A stretch of 64,000 nt of DNA from Ophelia neglecta (GCA_965285935.1 OZ260662.1:120280001-120344000); one strand, 5' to 3'; shown: positions 1 to 14,121, numbered from the stretch's first letter. The notes: generated by a model not told the origin, from the sequence alone. Numbers and translations are program-made.

Positions 1-600
1 TCAGCTCCTAACTTTAAGCCTGGTCCATGGCATTCCGATCCTAACTTTAAGCCTGGTCCATGGCCTTCAGCTCCTAACTTTAAGCCTGGTCCATGGTGTT
101 TAGCTCCTAACCTTAAGCCTGGTCCATGGCCTTCAGCTCCAAACTTTAAGCCTGGTCCATGGGGTCAGCTCCTAACTTTAAGCCTGGTCCATGGCCTTCA
201 GCTCCTAACTTTGAGCCTGGTCCATGGGGTCAGCTCCTAACTTTAAGCCTGGTCCATGGCATTCAGCTCCTAATTTTAAGCCTGGTCCATGGCCTTCAGC
301 TCCTAACTCATGCCTGGTACTTTGCCCTTAGTCCCGATTTCTAAACCTTAAGCGATGTCCATGGACCTGATCTCCACACCTTAATCCTTGTCCATCGCCC
401 TAACCTTAATCTCCAAACCTTCGTCCCGGTCCATGGTCTTTAGCTCTTAACTTTAAGCCTGGTGCCTGGCCTTGATATCCAAACCTTAAGCCTTGTCCAT
501 GGCCCTGATCTCTAAACCTTAAGCCTTGTCCATGGCCTGTGCCCTGAACTCTAAAGCTTAAGCCTTGTCCATGACCTTTTTCTCCAAAACCTTAAGCCTA
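1..600. repeat. 33-bp minisatellite (tcagctcctaactttaagcctggtccatggcct), degenerating rightwards and cut by the window edge
   Basis: Period 33 seen directly (units at 1, 34, 67...). Confidence 0.95.
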
Positions 601-2787
601 ATCACCTAATGTGGCTTGCTTGGAGGTCAGATAAGTGTAGGACTTTGTACGCCACAGTCCTTCTGTCTCACAATCTACGCTCTCTGAACCACTGGGTGAA
701 ATAAACTAATTGCCTGGCCAGTTTTCCACGTGTAGCTGTGTCCCCTGTGCCATTACTCGATATCTCTCAACAGTCCGCCCTCATTCCCATACCATCCCTG
801 GGACCATAGACATCTGATAATCAGATAATAAGTGGCTGGTTCTGGTCTAGTAATTCTTGTTTCTATTACATCCCTTTCCTACTCCTACACGGGACGTACA
901 GGGTAAGGACAGCCTTTGGCTTGGCCTTTTCTGTTTATATTTATGCCAATGCTTAGGCATTTCATCGCAACTTAATTACACAGACAATAACCTACAATGA
1001 AACCTGGTTCGCTTTTCCTGCTAATTCCCGTGATTATTTACTCACTCGCACACCAGTCAACGCACATGCTGAATTACTAAGCAATTACGGCTTGTACGCT
1101 TAACGATTAGGCTTAGGGCGTCAGTTATCCTCTCCCGTTTTTCCACTATCGACCTGCAAGGAATACACTCACAGGGCCGTGTATTCCAAAGACAACATTT
1201 GTGCCGGGGGCACCATTAATGTAATTTACCTCTCTCACCAATCGTGATCGCACTCACTGAAGGAACAGAAGGAGCGTTCAAATTTAATAAAGGAGCTGCA
1301 TTAATAGGTCGTGATATAAGACTGCGCAAGTGGAAACCGAGAGATTTTCTGACATCCATTTGATTGATTCTCGACCATTTTACAGGTTTGCTTATGTAAT
1401 TAAAATGTTCTGAATGCATCGACCTCTTGACCACACAGAATAATGAAGCTTTCAAGTCACACGGAGTAATTGATATGCAGCTACTGTGATTTGGCCTATG
1501 TCTGCAGGGAATCCATGCCGTTTTTTGTTAATTGTAACGAAATCAGCAGGAGGACCTTTTTATCAGCATGTGTAATGTGAGGAAGAAATTGATGAATAAA
1601 TCATGCATTTTTAAATATTGTGTGGGATACAATAAGTGGAGATTTTTAACATTTGGCTGTCCTAATCAGTATTATGATTTTTGACACAGTTCCACAAATC
1701 GCGTGATTTCTTCAAACACATGTACAGATCAATAGGAATGTTTCATGATATTGACGGGCCGAGGAATGTAGACTGGTTCTCCTCCTAACCTTGATATATG
1801 GCCTGGTATTCTCTGCAAATCCCCATATTTTAGTTAACATGACTAAGAATTGCTTTTCGCGCCACGAAGAATTCAAATCAAAATATAACAAATACTTGAA
1901 ATTATATGATTAGATATTGGATATTTCTTATTAACACAGACCCGATACTGCCATATAACTATAGCATTCCGATACACAGCTTGTAGTCCACAGTCGACAG
2001 GAGATTGACAACTTGGTCAGCATTCTGGGCTTTCATCTACCAATATTGTTTACTCAGGTAATAGCGTTCACCACTAATTTCCCATGTTTGCTTATTTCAA
2101 TTGGCCACGATGTGCAATGAATTGGACCCGTTTTGTTTTTCATGCAATTGTGATGGGCCCAAATAAGATTATATTTCCTTACTCCTTACAATGTTATTTG
2201 GTCACCTATACTCAGTGTACACAGTACAGAGAAAATACAAATATTCAAATAAAAGACTCCCATTGGAGTCACTGATTGTGAGGAGGCTGTGGATTTAGGT
2301 TAATTCAGTCATGGTCTGGCTTTATGGACACAAGTCTGACAATAGTGGTCCAGAGATTATCGATAGCACATGGGTGTAAAAGGAGATCTCCGTCGGACCA
2401 AGACACAATGGGATGGCAAACTGATCCGAAATGGTGGGGGCTGAGTGAGGAAATTAATATGATCAATGATGGCAATGCCAAAAAAGTGCTGGGAAAACCA
2501 CAGACTTCTCTTCTTGGCACCACGGGTCAATGATTGGGATTGGAGAATTACTTCGTTTTTGAAATAAGTCTCTGGTGGTTGTATAAATAGATACAATCAC
2601 GAGTGTATACACAACAGAAAAAGATACATCAGTTATATGGATTTAAATTAGTTATATTGATTTAAACCGGTCCAAAATCAGCCGCAGGAAGGAATCTCAT
2701 GAAAAGTAGCAGGAGACAGTCGCCGATAGCCTATGTTTACATATATACATGTAAATCGCTGATTAAGGAAACTTTATCGTTTCTAGC

Positions 2788-2900
2788 TTTTGATTTCTTT
2801 TTTGATTTCTTTTTTGATTTTTTTATAGATTTCTTTTTTGATTTTTTCTGTTGATTTCTTCCTTTGATTTCTTCTTTTGATTTCGTTCCTTGAATTTTTC
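2788..2900. repeat. Low-complexity (TTTTGATTTC)n-like repeat
   Basis: Repeated ttttgatttc units. Confidence 0.8.
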
Positions 2901-3870
2901 TTCTTCGCTAAATTTTATCGACTTGGGACCACTAGTTTTTATGGTATAAATACAACATGCATTCTGACACAATGACAATAGCGATAATGATGATAAAAAA
3001 AGTAATAATTGAACTCACGTTTGGCATCATTAATCCTTGATTGAAATTCACGCACAGCAAGGCCATTCGCAAGACCATTTAGGCATTTGACTTAAATAAT
3101 CGTTTTCCTTGTTTTCCTTAAATGTAGTTATCTAAATTAGTTTTCTGTGATAAATATTCTTTGAGTTTAATGAATCATAGGCAAACATTTTTAATAAACA
3201 ACATCGCTCATGCATGGAACTATCATTCTGACTTTAAACTACAGGAATAGGAATAACACGTAATTCAACCTTAGAAAAAACTTAAATCTAACAATCTAGC
3301 CTTGCAGAACTCCACCATTGGAGATGAGGATAGAAACGTTATGTTTCTATTCATTCCCATGCAAATATCAACCGCTGACTGCTAGAACATGTGCCCTTTG
3401 CCGAGTGAACTACCCAGGGTAAGGCTATTACACCAACCCATTCGGTCATTACGGACAAGTATTTAATTTCCGCTGTAGATAACAAGCCATATAGACCGTC
3501 ATTACAGAGCTTAGGAAATTGGAAATCATCCGAGAGAAGATAATTGAGTGCAGCGGACTATAAAAAGCACATCGTAGATCAGTCACAGCGACATGTACTT
3601 ATTGCATAAAGACAGCAAACAGTGCTGAAACAAAAGAAAACTCAGAACCAGAAACTACAAAATTGTAAATCAAATCACGGAAACTGGAAGACAGGAAAAT
3701 TGGAAATTTGTAACTACCTTCAGTTGAACGTCTAGGTAATTTCTGTCCCATTTTAAAACGATGGCCTTTTCCACTAAAATTGAGTCTTGGACTGAATATC
3801 CCAGGTTAATACAAATAGGACAGTTTATTATATTGCTCGGACAGTTTTCTAGATTTATTAAACAAACCAG

Positions 3871-3969
3871 CTGCCAGAATACCCGACTAGCGATGTAAGA
3901 TCGATAAAACTTTTTAATCCTGGTTTTAATTCAGGTAAAGACTTCAGACCGCTCCCAGAAACCCGGCCT
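3871..3969. mobile_element. Half copy of the MITE family at 7056-7288
   Basis: ttaatcctggttttaattcaggtaaagacttcagacc...agaaacccggcct resembles 7235-7288. Confidence 0.5.
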
Positions 3970-5885
3970 TTCTGATTGAGAATATTCCCGAGCTGTGCGT
4001 TGTAAGGAAAGATCAACGAAAATTGATAATCGTGATTCAACTTGTGTTTCTGGCTCGTGAGACGGCAATGACAGAGACGTCTGTAAGTTATTGCCATTCA
4101 AAAAATACCAATTTGTAACCCAGGGCACGTAAAACAGAATGAAGGAACTGTAATTAATGTATTGTACCGGAAAGTTCTCTTTTTAATTTAGAAAAGTGGC
4201 TATAACCTAACCACCAGGCATCTGTGAGCCAAACTCCCGGATAGTGAAAACCTATTTCCATAGGTTTAAAGGGATTTTTTTAAAAACAACTTGGATGTAG
4301 ATTTTGACCCCAATAATCCAGCAGAGAAAATCATCAGTGTGTACACCCGGCACTATGCAAATCATTAACCATGGATTATCCATAGTAGGAGCGTGACATG
4401 TTGACCTGACAGTCAATAGGATTAAAACAAGCAGACGACAGGCAGTACGATAATAAAATCTGTCCTAGGAGATTATTTGATGGACTAGCTCTAACAGGAA
4501 TTCGAGACTGTAGATAGACTTTTCTTAAGCAACGTACCACCCTGGATGGTTTCTAAGGTCCTTGCATTCTAACAATGATGTGGCAGGTAATAAGGTGACA
4601 CCCTAGAGACAAGTATTACAATCAGGACAGGTAATAGCAACAAGGCAGGTGCTAAATATACGGCTGGAAAAACCAAATAGAGCAAATAATCTCCAAGTAC
4701 CAGCTCATCGCGGCAGGTTTACAGTGCAGGAAACATAAGGGACATCTTTTATATGTTAACATACAGAAAACCGTGCTTGGATGTCAAGTATCCAAGCCCT
4801 TAGGAGGAGAAGGAAATTCGTCAGCAGGAGACAACCTGTTGGGGGATAAATACACAGAATAAATTGAAAGTATTCCAGGTAAGAACGCATTTGGAGATAA
4901 ACACTTCTAAGAAGGGCTTATTAATCAATATTCACGCACGTTGTCAGTGCTAGGGTGGATTACAAATGCATTCATGGGGACTAACAGGGAAATGGCGGTC
5001 AAATATCACACAGTTTGCATGTATAAATGCTTAAGATCGATTCAAATTAATCATGCTTCCCTCCTTGTTCGGAGACCATGCTGTAAAAATGGCAGTGAAT
5101 CTGATAGAGCAGGGTGATTCGCAGCTTAACACGGTTAGGTCGAGCCGGGCCTTCCACAGCAGTCAACTCATCTCTGCCGACACTGATACCACAATATACA
5201 GCAGCCCGATAAGACCCGATCTCCGGTGTCTGCTGTCCACTGATAACCAACTACGAGCTCCCGCGTCTGCTGTCCACTGATAACCAACTACTAAATCTCG
5301 TTCTCCCCAGGGACGACGGGTAATACGTTTGAAAGTGACCTCTGGCATTATGTCTTCCAGCACACCTGACCTTCTCACATAAATGTCAAGTTGATATGTA
5401 TGAAGTGGCTTTCAGAAATATAATTCACGGCTTACCAAAAACCGGCCACATTTTGTTCAATTGAACACATCACAAACAGGAAAAGCAAATAGTGCAATAT
5501 TACTGTCGAAAAACTATAACAAAATACGCAAATTACAACAGTTGGCTTCCTGATTCAATTTCAATTTCATTCAAATCAGTGTATCTATGTATAAGAAAAT
5601 GTATATTTACTAACAAAACGTAAGATAATAAATCATAGAATTCGTACACGACAAAAATAACTGGCCATGCCTTTTGCCATGTTTCAAATGTCTTAAACCC
5701 GGATTTCTTCTGTGTGATGGTGGATTACTGCCAGGCTCTAGATTACGTGGTTCTTACTTATCTGTGGCAACGCATGGTCAGAAAAGGAAGTCCTGGAAAG
5801 ATGCATATTGTTCAATCAATGTGTATATAGATACACCTGGGTCATGGACACTCACGGTAATCTTAGCAAGAGCTTCGCTTGAGTA

Positions 5886-6545
5886 GTAGGTCTCCGACAG
5901 GGGGAATCGCTGTCACCTTTGTTAGTTTCACTCTTGGTGAATGACTTGAGGAGGAGTCTAGGGGATTGAAGATGGCACACTTTAGTACTTATTATCTTAC
6001 TGTACAAGGACGATTACGCAATCCTCGCTGACTCTGCACCTTATATCCTATCGTTCAAAGATAGTTTTGCACACAGTGTTTTAAATGGAACATAAAGGTG
6101 AATGTCGAAACACCAAAAGTCATCAAGTTTTCGCGGAAGCGTAACCCTCTGTTATATAATTTCTACTACAAGGGTGACAAGTTAGATGTACTAGAGAATT
6201 TCAGATATTTAGGTGGTACGCTCCATCTACAAGGAATGTGGGGGACCAACACTCTGACCTTGGCAGGGCAACTCGTAAAGTAGTGATGTCTCTGCACCTG
6301 TTTAGATTTATTTTTAACACCGACGGATAATTACCGAGCATTCAACCACCCGGAAAACCAAAGCCAGCCTGGTATATATATATCACAATGGTCTTAGGAA
6401 TCTCAAGACCTTGGCGTGCTTCCAACTCAGGAGTACCAAAACTGCGTGTGGTCACTGGTGCATGGAACGGAGAGGAGCGACATGATCGACTTTGTGAGAT
6501 GTGCAGGTGTGTCGATGACGAGGTACATTTCCTCGTCGAACGCTG
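5886..6545 (+). mobile_element. Decayed non-LTR retrotransposon RT fragment, internally deleted, from a different family than 11707-14907
   Basis: VGLRQGESLSPLLVSLLVNDL*...LLYKDD; VNVETPKVIKF...LDVLENFRYLG; KLRVVTGAW...RLCEMCRCVDDEVHFLV (C-terminal zinc-binding motif). Confidence 0.85.
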
Positions 6546-7055
6546 AGCGAGCAATTAATTAATGAATAATATTAATTTATGATATGACGTGGCGAAGTGA
6601 AACAGCTCTATGTGCCCTAAATGAGGGAGGGGAGCAGTTATAATTAATTAGCGTTATGTAATGTTCATTTGTTAAAGCTGCCTCGTAAGACATATTTGCC
6701 ATGTAAACAATAATTACAATGTAATAAAATAGGACCAAGTGGAACGCAATAATTTATGACACTTGGACTAGAATTGGAACCAATATAATGAAAGGAAAAA
6801 TGTCCTAGCATTTCCTCGTATCCCGCACCTCTCAAGTCATATATCACATTCATTCTATTATTTGTCAAGTGTCATTGTAAGTAATACAATTTATCATGTA
6901 TAGTATGACAAAATCACAGAATTATGTAAATTGGAAACACATACATTTCTTTTAGGTTATTTCCCTCAGGCTCTTAGTGAGTGGACTTAGTGAGTCCGAC
7001 ATAAAAGTTCATACAAAGCCTCCATGACCGGTCTTTAGTATTGTCGTGGGCCACA

Positions 7056-7288
7056 GGGCCCTGTTTCTGCAAGCGGTTTTAGCTTAGGGAGCAGATCAGC
7101 AGTTCCGACCAGCTAAAGCGATGATCAATGTTTTAAATGACCAGGATTTACGTTAAGTCCAAAATGGCTAGGTTTAAGAACAAATCCGGCTTACAGAATT
7201 CTGGACCATCAAGTTAAGGTGGATTAAGCACTTTAATTCTGGTTTTAATCAGAGTTAAGACTTAAGACCCTTTGTAGAAACCTGGCCT
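7056..7288. mobile_element. MITE (~230 bp) with imperfect TIRs, possibly PIF/Harbinger-like
   Basis: Ends gggccctgtttctgcaa / ttgtagaaacctggcct; related sequence at 3871-3969 and 49774-49975. Confidence 0.6.
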
Positions 7289-8609
7289 AGATCTTCTTGA
7301 TAGCAGCTCACAAAGACGACGAGGACACATGAATCGGTGCTTACAATATAGTCACTGCTGTGACCTGAGAGAGGACCCCGACCCTGAGCTGTGTGTAAGT
7401 TGACTTATTATCCACAGATCCATATTAATTATCAAACAAGGTCCCTATTCTCCTTTGCTCAGTGCAGGACCAGATTGGAATGACCACTCTAAAACATGGC
7501 TCAGGGCACGTTTTTGTAGCCACAACGAAGATGACGAGGCAGCAAGGAGGTATAACAAACGTGAATATTCAGTCTATAATAAAGTATGTACAATAAACAT
7601 ACTATTTCAATCCCTCATTTATGTGTTAGTATGGTTGTAAGAACGCACACATAAATGCGTTGAGATTATCAAATTTTAAACAGTAAAATAAATTTTAAAC
7701 AAATCTATCTATTAAATGGACAGATACACACCGAAAGACGTGATTAGCAGTGTTTGGATATTTAGAGGGTCAAATTGTTTAAAGTAGAATTATTATGAAA
7801 CATTATAAAACCAACGGTGTAATTGTAACCCAATCCTAAAGTCCTGGACACTTACATCAATTTGTTTCCAATTGAACGCCAGCTACCAAAGTCAGACTGA
7901 AGTTTATTATTCATGGAGAGAGGCTCATCGCTATGTGTATCAGGTCTGTTTGTAAACCTCCAGACTGATATATGGCGTGCAGGTCATAAGGACCATTACA
8001 TTAACCGGGTTTACGAGATTGAAAGGAAGAAGACAAAGGCTCACCGGAGGGCATACAAAAGAGAGTATCAGCCCTTACATGATTATAACCAATAACATAT
8101 TACTATTTAAGTCACTCATAAAGTTTTAGTACTGGTGCCTGAAACTACCAATGAAACGTGGGTTTGTGCTATGTTTTGGAATCAGCATCCTACTACTTAC
8201 TCTAATATGTGTCCAATGTCAGGCTAATTATATTATAAAGAGAACCTCCTCTACTGATAGGTGGCTAACAGGCCACGTGGAACATTGCATTAACTAGATA
8301 AACAATGCTTTAACTGTAAATCCAATTTAAAGGTAGTTTTTTTTATCTTTATAAAAAAAAATTTAAGTACTAAATTTGAACTTTGTTTGTTGTTTATTAG
8401 TGGAGTTTATGATAGAACAATTCATTGCTATTGCTGTATGTGAATGTCTTTGCATTTGCTGAGAGCAATTATAATGAATCAAATAATAAGCAGGCTGTAT
8501 GAGTTGACAAGTAATGCATCTGTATACACCACTGTGTGTGTCCATATGTTTGTTCTCTCGTTTGTTCTCGCGTTTGCGTCAGAGTTGGTTATTTGTTTGA
8601 ACATGCATT

Positions 8610-9310
8610 TGTATAACGGCCTGTACGTACACACTTATGATGTAACGCTCTGTACGCACCCTCTCCTGATATAACTGCATGTACCAAATGTCTACACTAA
8701 AAACTATGCACTATACGTTGTTCTTCTTAATTTGTCTTATTTAATAACTCCAAAAAAAGTATCACAAATGACCTTTCAGAAAAAAATGTGTGCAAGGGAA
8801 TTATGAGGAAAAAGTTTGTTTTGGAGGAGGCAAAAAATTTTTTTGAAAAGAAATTCTCACCACCACCCCCGCCGCCGCCCCCCCCCCCCACCCACCTACA
8901 TTATCAAATGGTCGGCCCCTAACGGCATATAACGGAATGTATGTATACATTCGTGATATAACGGCCTGTACGTACACACTCATGATAAAATGCCCTGTAC
9001 ATACACACCTATGATATAACAGCCTATACGCACACACTAATGATATAACAGCGTATAACGGCGTTTACGTATACATTCATGATATAACAGTCTTATAACG
9101 TATACATTCATGATATAACAGTCTGGACGTATACACTCATCATATAACATTCTGGCCGTATACACTCATGCTATCTTGGCATGTACGTACACATTTATGA
9201 TATAACAGTCTGGACGTATACACTCATCATATAACAGTCTGGACGTATACACTCATGCTATAATGGCATGTACGTACACATTTATGATATAACAGTCTGT
9301 ACGTATACAC
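8610..9310. repeat. 29-bp minisatellite (tgatataacagtctggacgtatacactca), interrupted at ~8700-8922
   Basis: Units seen directly. Confidence 0.85.
8700..8922. mobile_element. Probable non-autonomous DNA-transposon end inserted in a 29-bp minisatellite
   Basis: A-rich body, then a C-run, ending atcaaatggtcggcccctaa, a terminus style I associate with invertebrate TTAA-type MITEs; only one end is visible. Confidence 0.4.
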
Positions 9311-10675
9311 CAATCAAATGTTTCTTTTTCAGACAAATTTCTGATATCCATAATATTTTTTGACACTAAATACCATCCATTTCCTGGGTGCCTGCTGATT
9401 GTTTTTCCCAGTTTCCAGCAGACTAGACGCATCCTCAAAAGGTAACCCATGGCATGTCATGTTTATAACTTGACCTCCATTGTAGTTCTAAAGGTCTTTG
9501 CTAGTAAAAATTCCCAATCTCGATCAGAATTGTTTACGGCTTAACTTGTCACTTATCAAACTATGTGTTACTTTGTTACAGTTTTGGTCTTCAGATGTGT
9601 CTACAACATTGCTTATAGTTGCTGTAATCCATGCACTGGGTACTGAATTAAACAAACTCATGTAATCTAATATATTCATTTGAACATGACACACCTCAAA
9701 TAATTGTATATGCGTATATATAAGTCCTGTGTTTGGATTCAGCAGATCTATTAAATTGACACAACCTGCCTATAAAACGCCGAAGCGAGTTTCTTTAATT
9801 TTTAATTTAGTACCAAGCACGAATTCCATGTAGGCTTAAAGCACATATCTTTGTAATTTTCATGAGGATCACAGTTCAAACATGATATATACAAAATAAT
9901 AAGATATTGCCAGAACGTGCTCTTAATCGTGCCAAATATGATCATCAAAGATTTTACATCAAACTCCAATATATTACCTAGTTTCACCAACATTTGAAAC
10001 AATGATCGCCATGCACCACCCACCTGTATGAGCTGTGTAGTTTAATCTAATAACAAATAAGCAAATTTGCTCCAATAATAAAAAAAAACGTTGTCCAATA
10101 TTGTTCTACAACCCAAAACGGTGAATACATTATTGTTTTAAAATGTGTATGTATTCATATTTCGTCGAAGCCATTAATCCCATTCTTCACACTATCAATT
10201 GGGACTCATACATTCATTGTAAACATCATTTGTAATAGAAACTCGAATCTGGGACATGTTGCATTCAGTCATCGTTAAATTGAAAATATTCACACTAAGA
10301 TGTTATGTACAGAACATTTCATTCTACTATTCCACCTTCTATTTGTACCTCTGTAAACATGTACTCTATCCAGGGTAGTCATGTTTTGACAGGAGTGAAG
10401 TTGCTGATTATGCTAGACACGTTGCTTTCACTCGTCAATGTTTTATCAAACGTCTGTTTTAACCCAGGTGTGTGTTGAACTTTCTACTTGTATGTTTCTA
10501 TGGTAACATTCTTTGGACTTTTCGTCAGAACAATATTTTCAAGTGGCCTACATCTATGTTTTACATACTAGACTTAGTATCATGCCATCGCATACTCCGG
10601 AATTGCGACATTTGGCAGCTATATATCTGTCGGCGAATGTATGTTTATCATAGCTGAAATTTGTTGATTGGCAGA

Positions 10676-10980
10676 CACATAGCTGTCAGGGAGCGTATGC
10701 ATTACACATAGCTGTCAGGGAAGGTATGTATAACACAAAGCGGTGTGTGGATGTGTGTCTGGGGGGGGGGGGGAGAGGGGTATACATTGCAACTAGCTGT
10801 CATGGAGGTTTATGTGTAACACAAAGGAGCCTGGGGTTGGGGGGGGGGGGGGGGTTAAACGCAGCTGTCAGGGAAACAAAGAAGGTATGTATTACACAAA
10901 GCTGTGTGTGTGTGGGGGGGGGGGGGGGGGGTATGTATTTCACATAGCTGTCCGGGATCTTATGTAGAACACACAGGTGT
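10676..10980. repeat. Degenerate repeat (cacatagctgtcaggga...) interleaved with poly-G runs
   Basis: About six agctgtcaggg-type units and three long G-runs. Confidence 0.7.
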
Positions 10981-11699
10981 TAGATTCCACCTATATTGTA
11001 TATTGTTTTTGTGTTGTTTTTTCAATATTAAATCTTGGTTGGTTTAATGGTACTGTAATACAGTAAATAATACGCAGAGATAAAGTTTGGAAACTTTGTA
11101 ATTACCAGATAACATGTTATTTGATTCCTAAACATCTGCGATTGTAAGCAAGCTTATTAAAGAGTTAATGTTGACACCCTCACAGTATTGTAACTTAGTT
11201 CGTGGTAGCAAGGTCAAAACAGAATGGAGAGGAGATTAGGTAAATTGCTAAGAAACAAAACTTCCGATATGATTATGAATTTATCAACAATTTCCGTTAA
11301 TTCGGTTTGGCAACATTTTGAAGTTATTTTGGAAAGCAATCGTGGATCGATGCGAAAAATGGGCAAACAAGGAAAAGGTTAAACTGAAATTCATCACTAC
11401 CGAGACACTGGCAAATGGGTAAATCTACTAATAACAAAGTTGTAATAAAGACAGCAGCAAGCAAGCTATTACGGTTGCTTGATGTACATTTAGCTAAGTA
11501 ATATGATGTTCGTAATTTACTGACACTCACTCCCCAATAAGTGTGATTTTTTTTTCAATTTAGTCGTATATACATCAATATCTAGGCAGAAAGAAATATT
11601 TTGTTAAGCTGAAGACGGGAGATTTCTGCATTTCCATTAACACGGTACATTATCAAGATTCTTATTGCCTGGATCAAACATTGAGTATGTGACCTGACG

Positions 11700-14121
11700 A
11701 TGTATAGAAGATTTTCTACTTTTAGGGGAACATTAATTGACAATTTCATTTGTAAACTAAGCAGCAGAATGTATGACTCTTCTAGTGGCATTCTATTAAG
11801 TCAGATATCAGACCACCACCCATATTACCTTTCTGTTAACAATATATTACGAACTAGACATTCCACACCTAGGTATATTGAAGTTAAACGTTGTGACCCC
11901 CTATCGATCCAAAGGTTTAAAAATAAAATTTCTCAATCGAATTTACAATCACTTTTTGACTGCCCTGATTCCGACCCAGATTCTAATTATAATGTCATTG
12001 ACAGTGTTATAACAAAAGCATACTCTAACCATTTAAAACCAGTTCGTGTAAAATACAACAAGCACAAACATAAAAAGTCCAACTGGATAACACGGGGTAT
12101 CATAAGATCAATTACTTTCAGAGACAAACTTTATAAGCGAGTGAAATCGACCCCTCAAAATACCGAACTATATTTCACACTCAAAGCCAACTTGGACTCA
12201 TATAACAAGATTTTGAGTAAAAATATTTCTTTGGCAAAAAAAGAACATTACAATTCTCGATTTACTAAATATAAGCATGACATAAAAAACACTTGGTCAA
12301 CTATTAATGAAGTGTTAAATCGTAAGAAAGATAATAAGAAACTTCCTAAACACTTCACAATAAATAATAAGTTAGTCTCTGATACTCAAATAATTGCTGA
12401 GGAATTCAACGACTATTTTATTGATATTGGCCCTAGACTAGCCTCTAAATTAACAACTTATTCTTGTAAAACTTTTAAATCATTCCTAACGACCTCTTGT
12501 AACACAGAATTCACACTGAAATCAGTGTCTGAAATTAGTGTGGCTCTCCACATAGACAGGCTGAAAAATAAGGATAGCTCTGGGTGTGATGGCCTCTCTT
12601 CCATCTTGTTAAAACAGATCACGGAGGAAGTTGTAGGACCTCTAACCAAGCTGATTAACCAGTCAATTGCTGTTGGATTATTTCCTAATAGGTTAAAAAT
12701 TGCAAAGGTGACCCCTGTCTTCAAGAAAGGAGAAAATACTTCACTGGATAATTACCGTCCTATATCTGTCTTCCCTACTTTTTCTAAGATTTTTGAACGT
12801 ATTATTGCGGATCAATTATACGATTACTTTGAATCCAATGCACTGTTTCACTGTAGCCAGTATGGTTTCAGAAAACGGCACTCGACGGAGCTGGCGGCTC
12901 TTGAATTAGTCGATCGAATAATAAATGAGCTGGACAGGGATGAAACGCCCCTTAACATTTATACTGATTTGTCGAAGGCATTTGATACTTTAGACTATGA
13001 TATTTTATTACACAAGTTACGCTATTATGGCGTAGCAGGCTCTTCATTGACACTCCTTACCAGTTATTTACAAAATCGAAAACAATATGTACAAATAGAA
13101 AATACATGTTCGAAAATGGCTTCTATTAATATGGGAGTCCCGCAAGGCTCTATTCTCGGCCCTCTTCTATTTATTATATATATAAATGATATTAGCACAG
13201 TTAATAAATTATTCCAAACCATCGTTTATGCGGACGACACAACACTCTCAAGTATTTTAAAAGTTTTCAACCATCAAGCTCAATCACAGCATTGTAGTGA
13301 TAATATAAATACAGAACTGGCAAAAATCAGTGAGTGGTTCAAGCTCAATAAATTATCATTAAATGCTAAAAAAACCAAATTTATGATCTTTTATATGCCG
13401 GGAAAGAAATTTGACATCCCCAATATCATGATAGATAACATCCCCCTGGAATGTGTAGATAATTTTAACTTTCTTGGTCTGAATTTAAACAACACCTGAA
13501 TTGGAACACCCACATAAACAATGTCTCAACAGCTATCTCCAAATCTGTGGGAGTTCTTTGTAGACTAAGGCACATTCTTCCACAATATATACTTAAGTGT
13601 ATTTATAATACTTTGGTTTTGCCTCGCCTCAATTACTGCATACTTGCTTGGGGCCTTGAAACCACGAGACTTAATAAGCTACAGAAAAAATGTGTGCGTA
13701 TCATTACAAATAGTAGGTTTGTTTCACACTCCTCTCCTCTGTTTAAACAGTTATATTTGCTTAAGCTTGATGATATCTATAAACTATGTACTCTTAAATT
13801 TTATTACGGGTATATCAATGGCACAGTCCCACAATATTTTTATCAATTCAACTTATTACACGTCTCTGATGTACATAGGTATAATACAAGAACAAGTTCT
13901 AGCTATTACCAGGGTTTGGTTAAACATGAATTTGCCAAAAAGTGCATCCGTTATCACATTGTCTCCTTATTGAATGTAACTCCTGACCTTATCAAGGAAA
14001 AAAAAATTCTCACAGCCTACATGGGTTTTCTAACTACATCAAACGTTATTACATAAATAGTTGTTCCGTGGACTGTTATATTCGGGGCTGTTATGTTTGT
14101 CGGGTCACATGTATGGGCTGA
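11700..14121 (+). pseudogene. LINE ORF2 (EN-RT) interrupted by two 1-nt frameshifts (~13491 and ~14006)
   Basis: Adding one base at ~13491 gives GLNLN(K)HLNWNTHINNVSTAISKSVGVL, continuous with ORF 13547. Adding one base at the A9 run gives SHSLHGFSNYIKRYYINSCSVDCYIRGCYVC, with a stop at 14119-14121. Confidence 0.88.
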
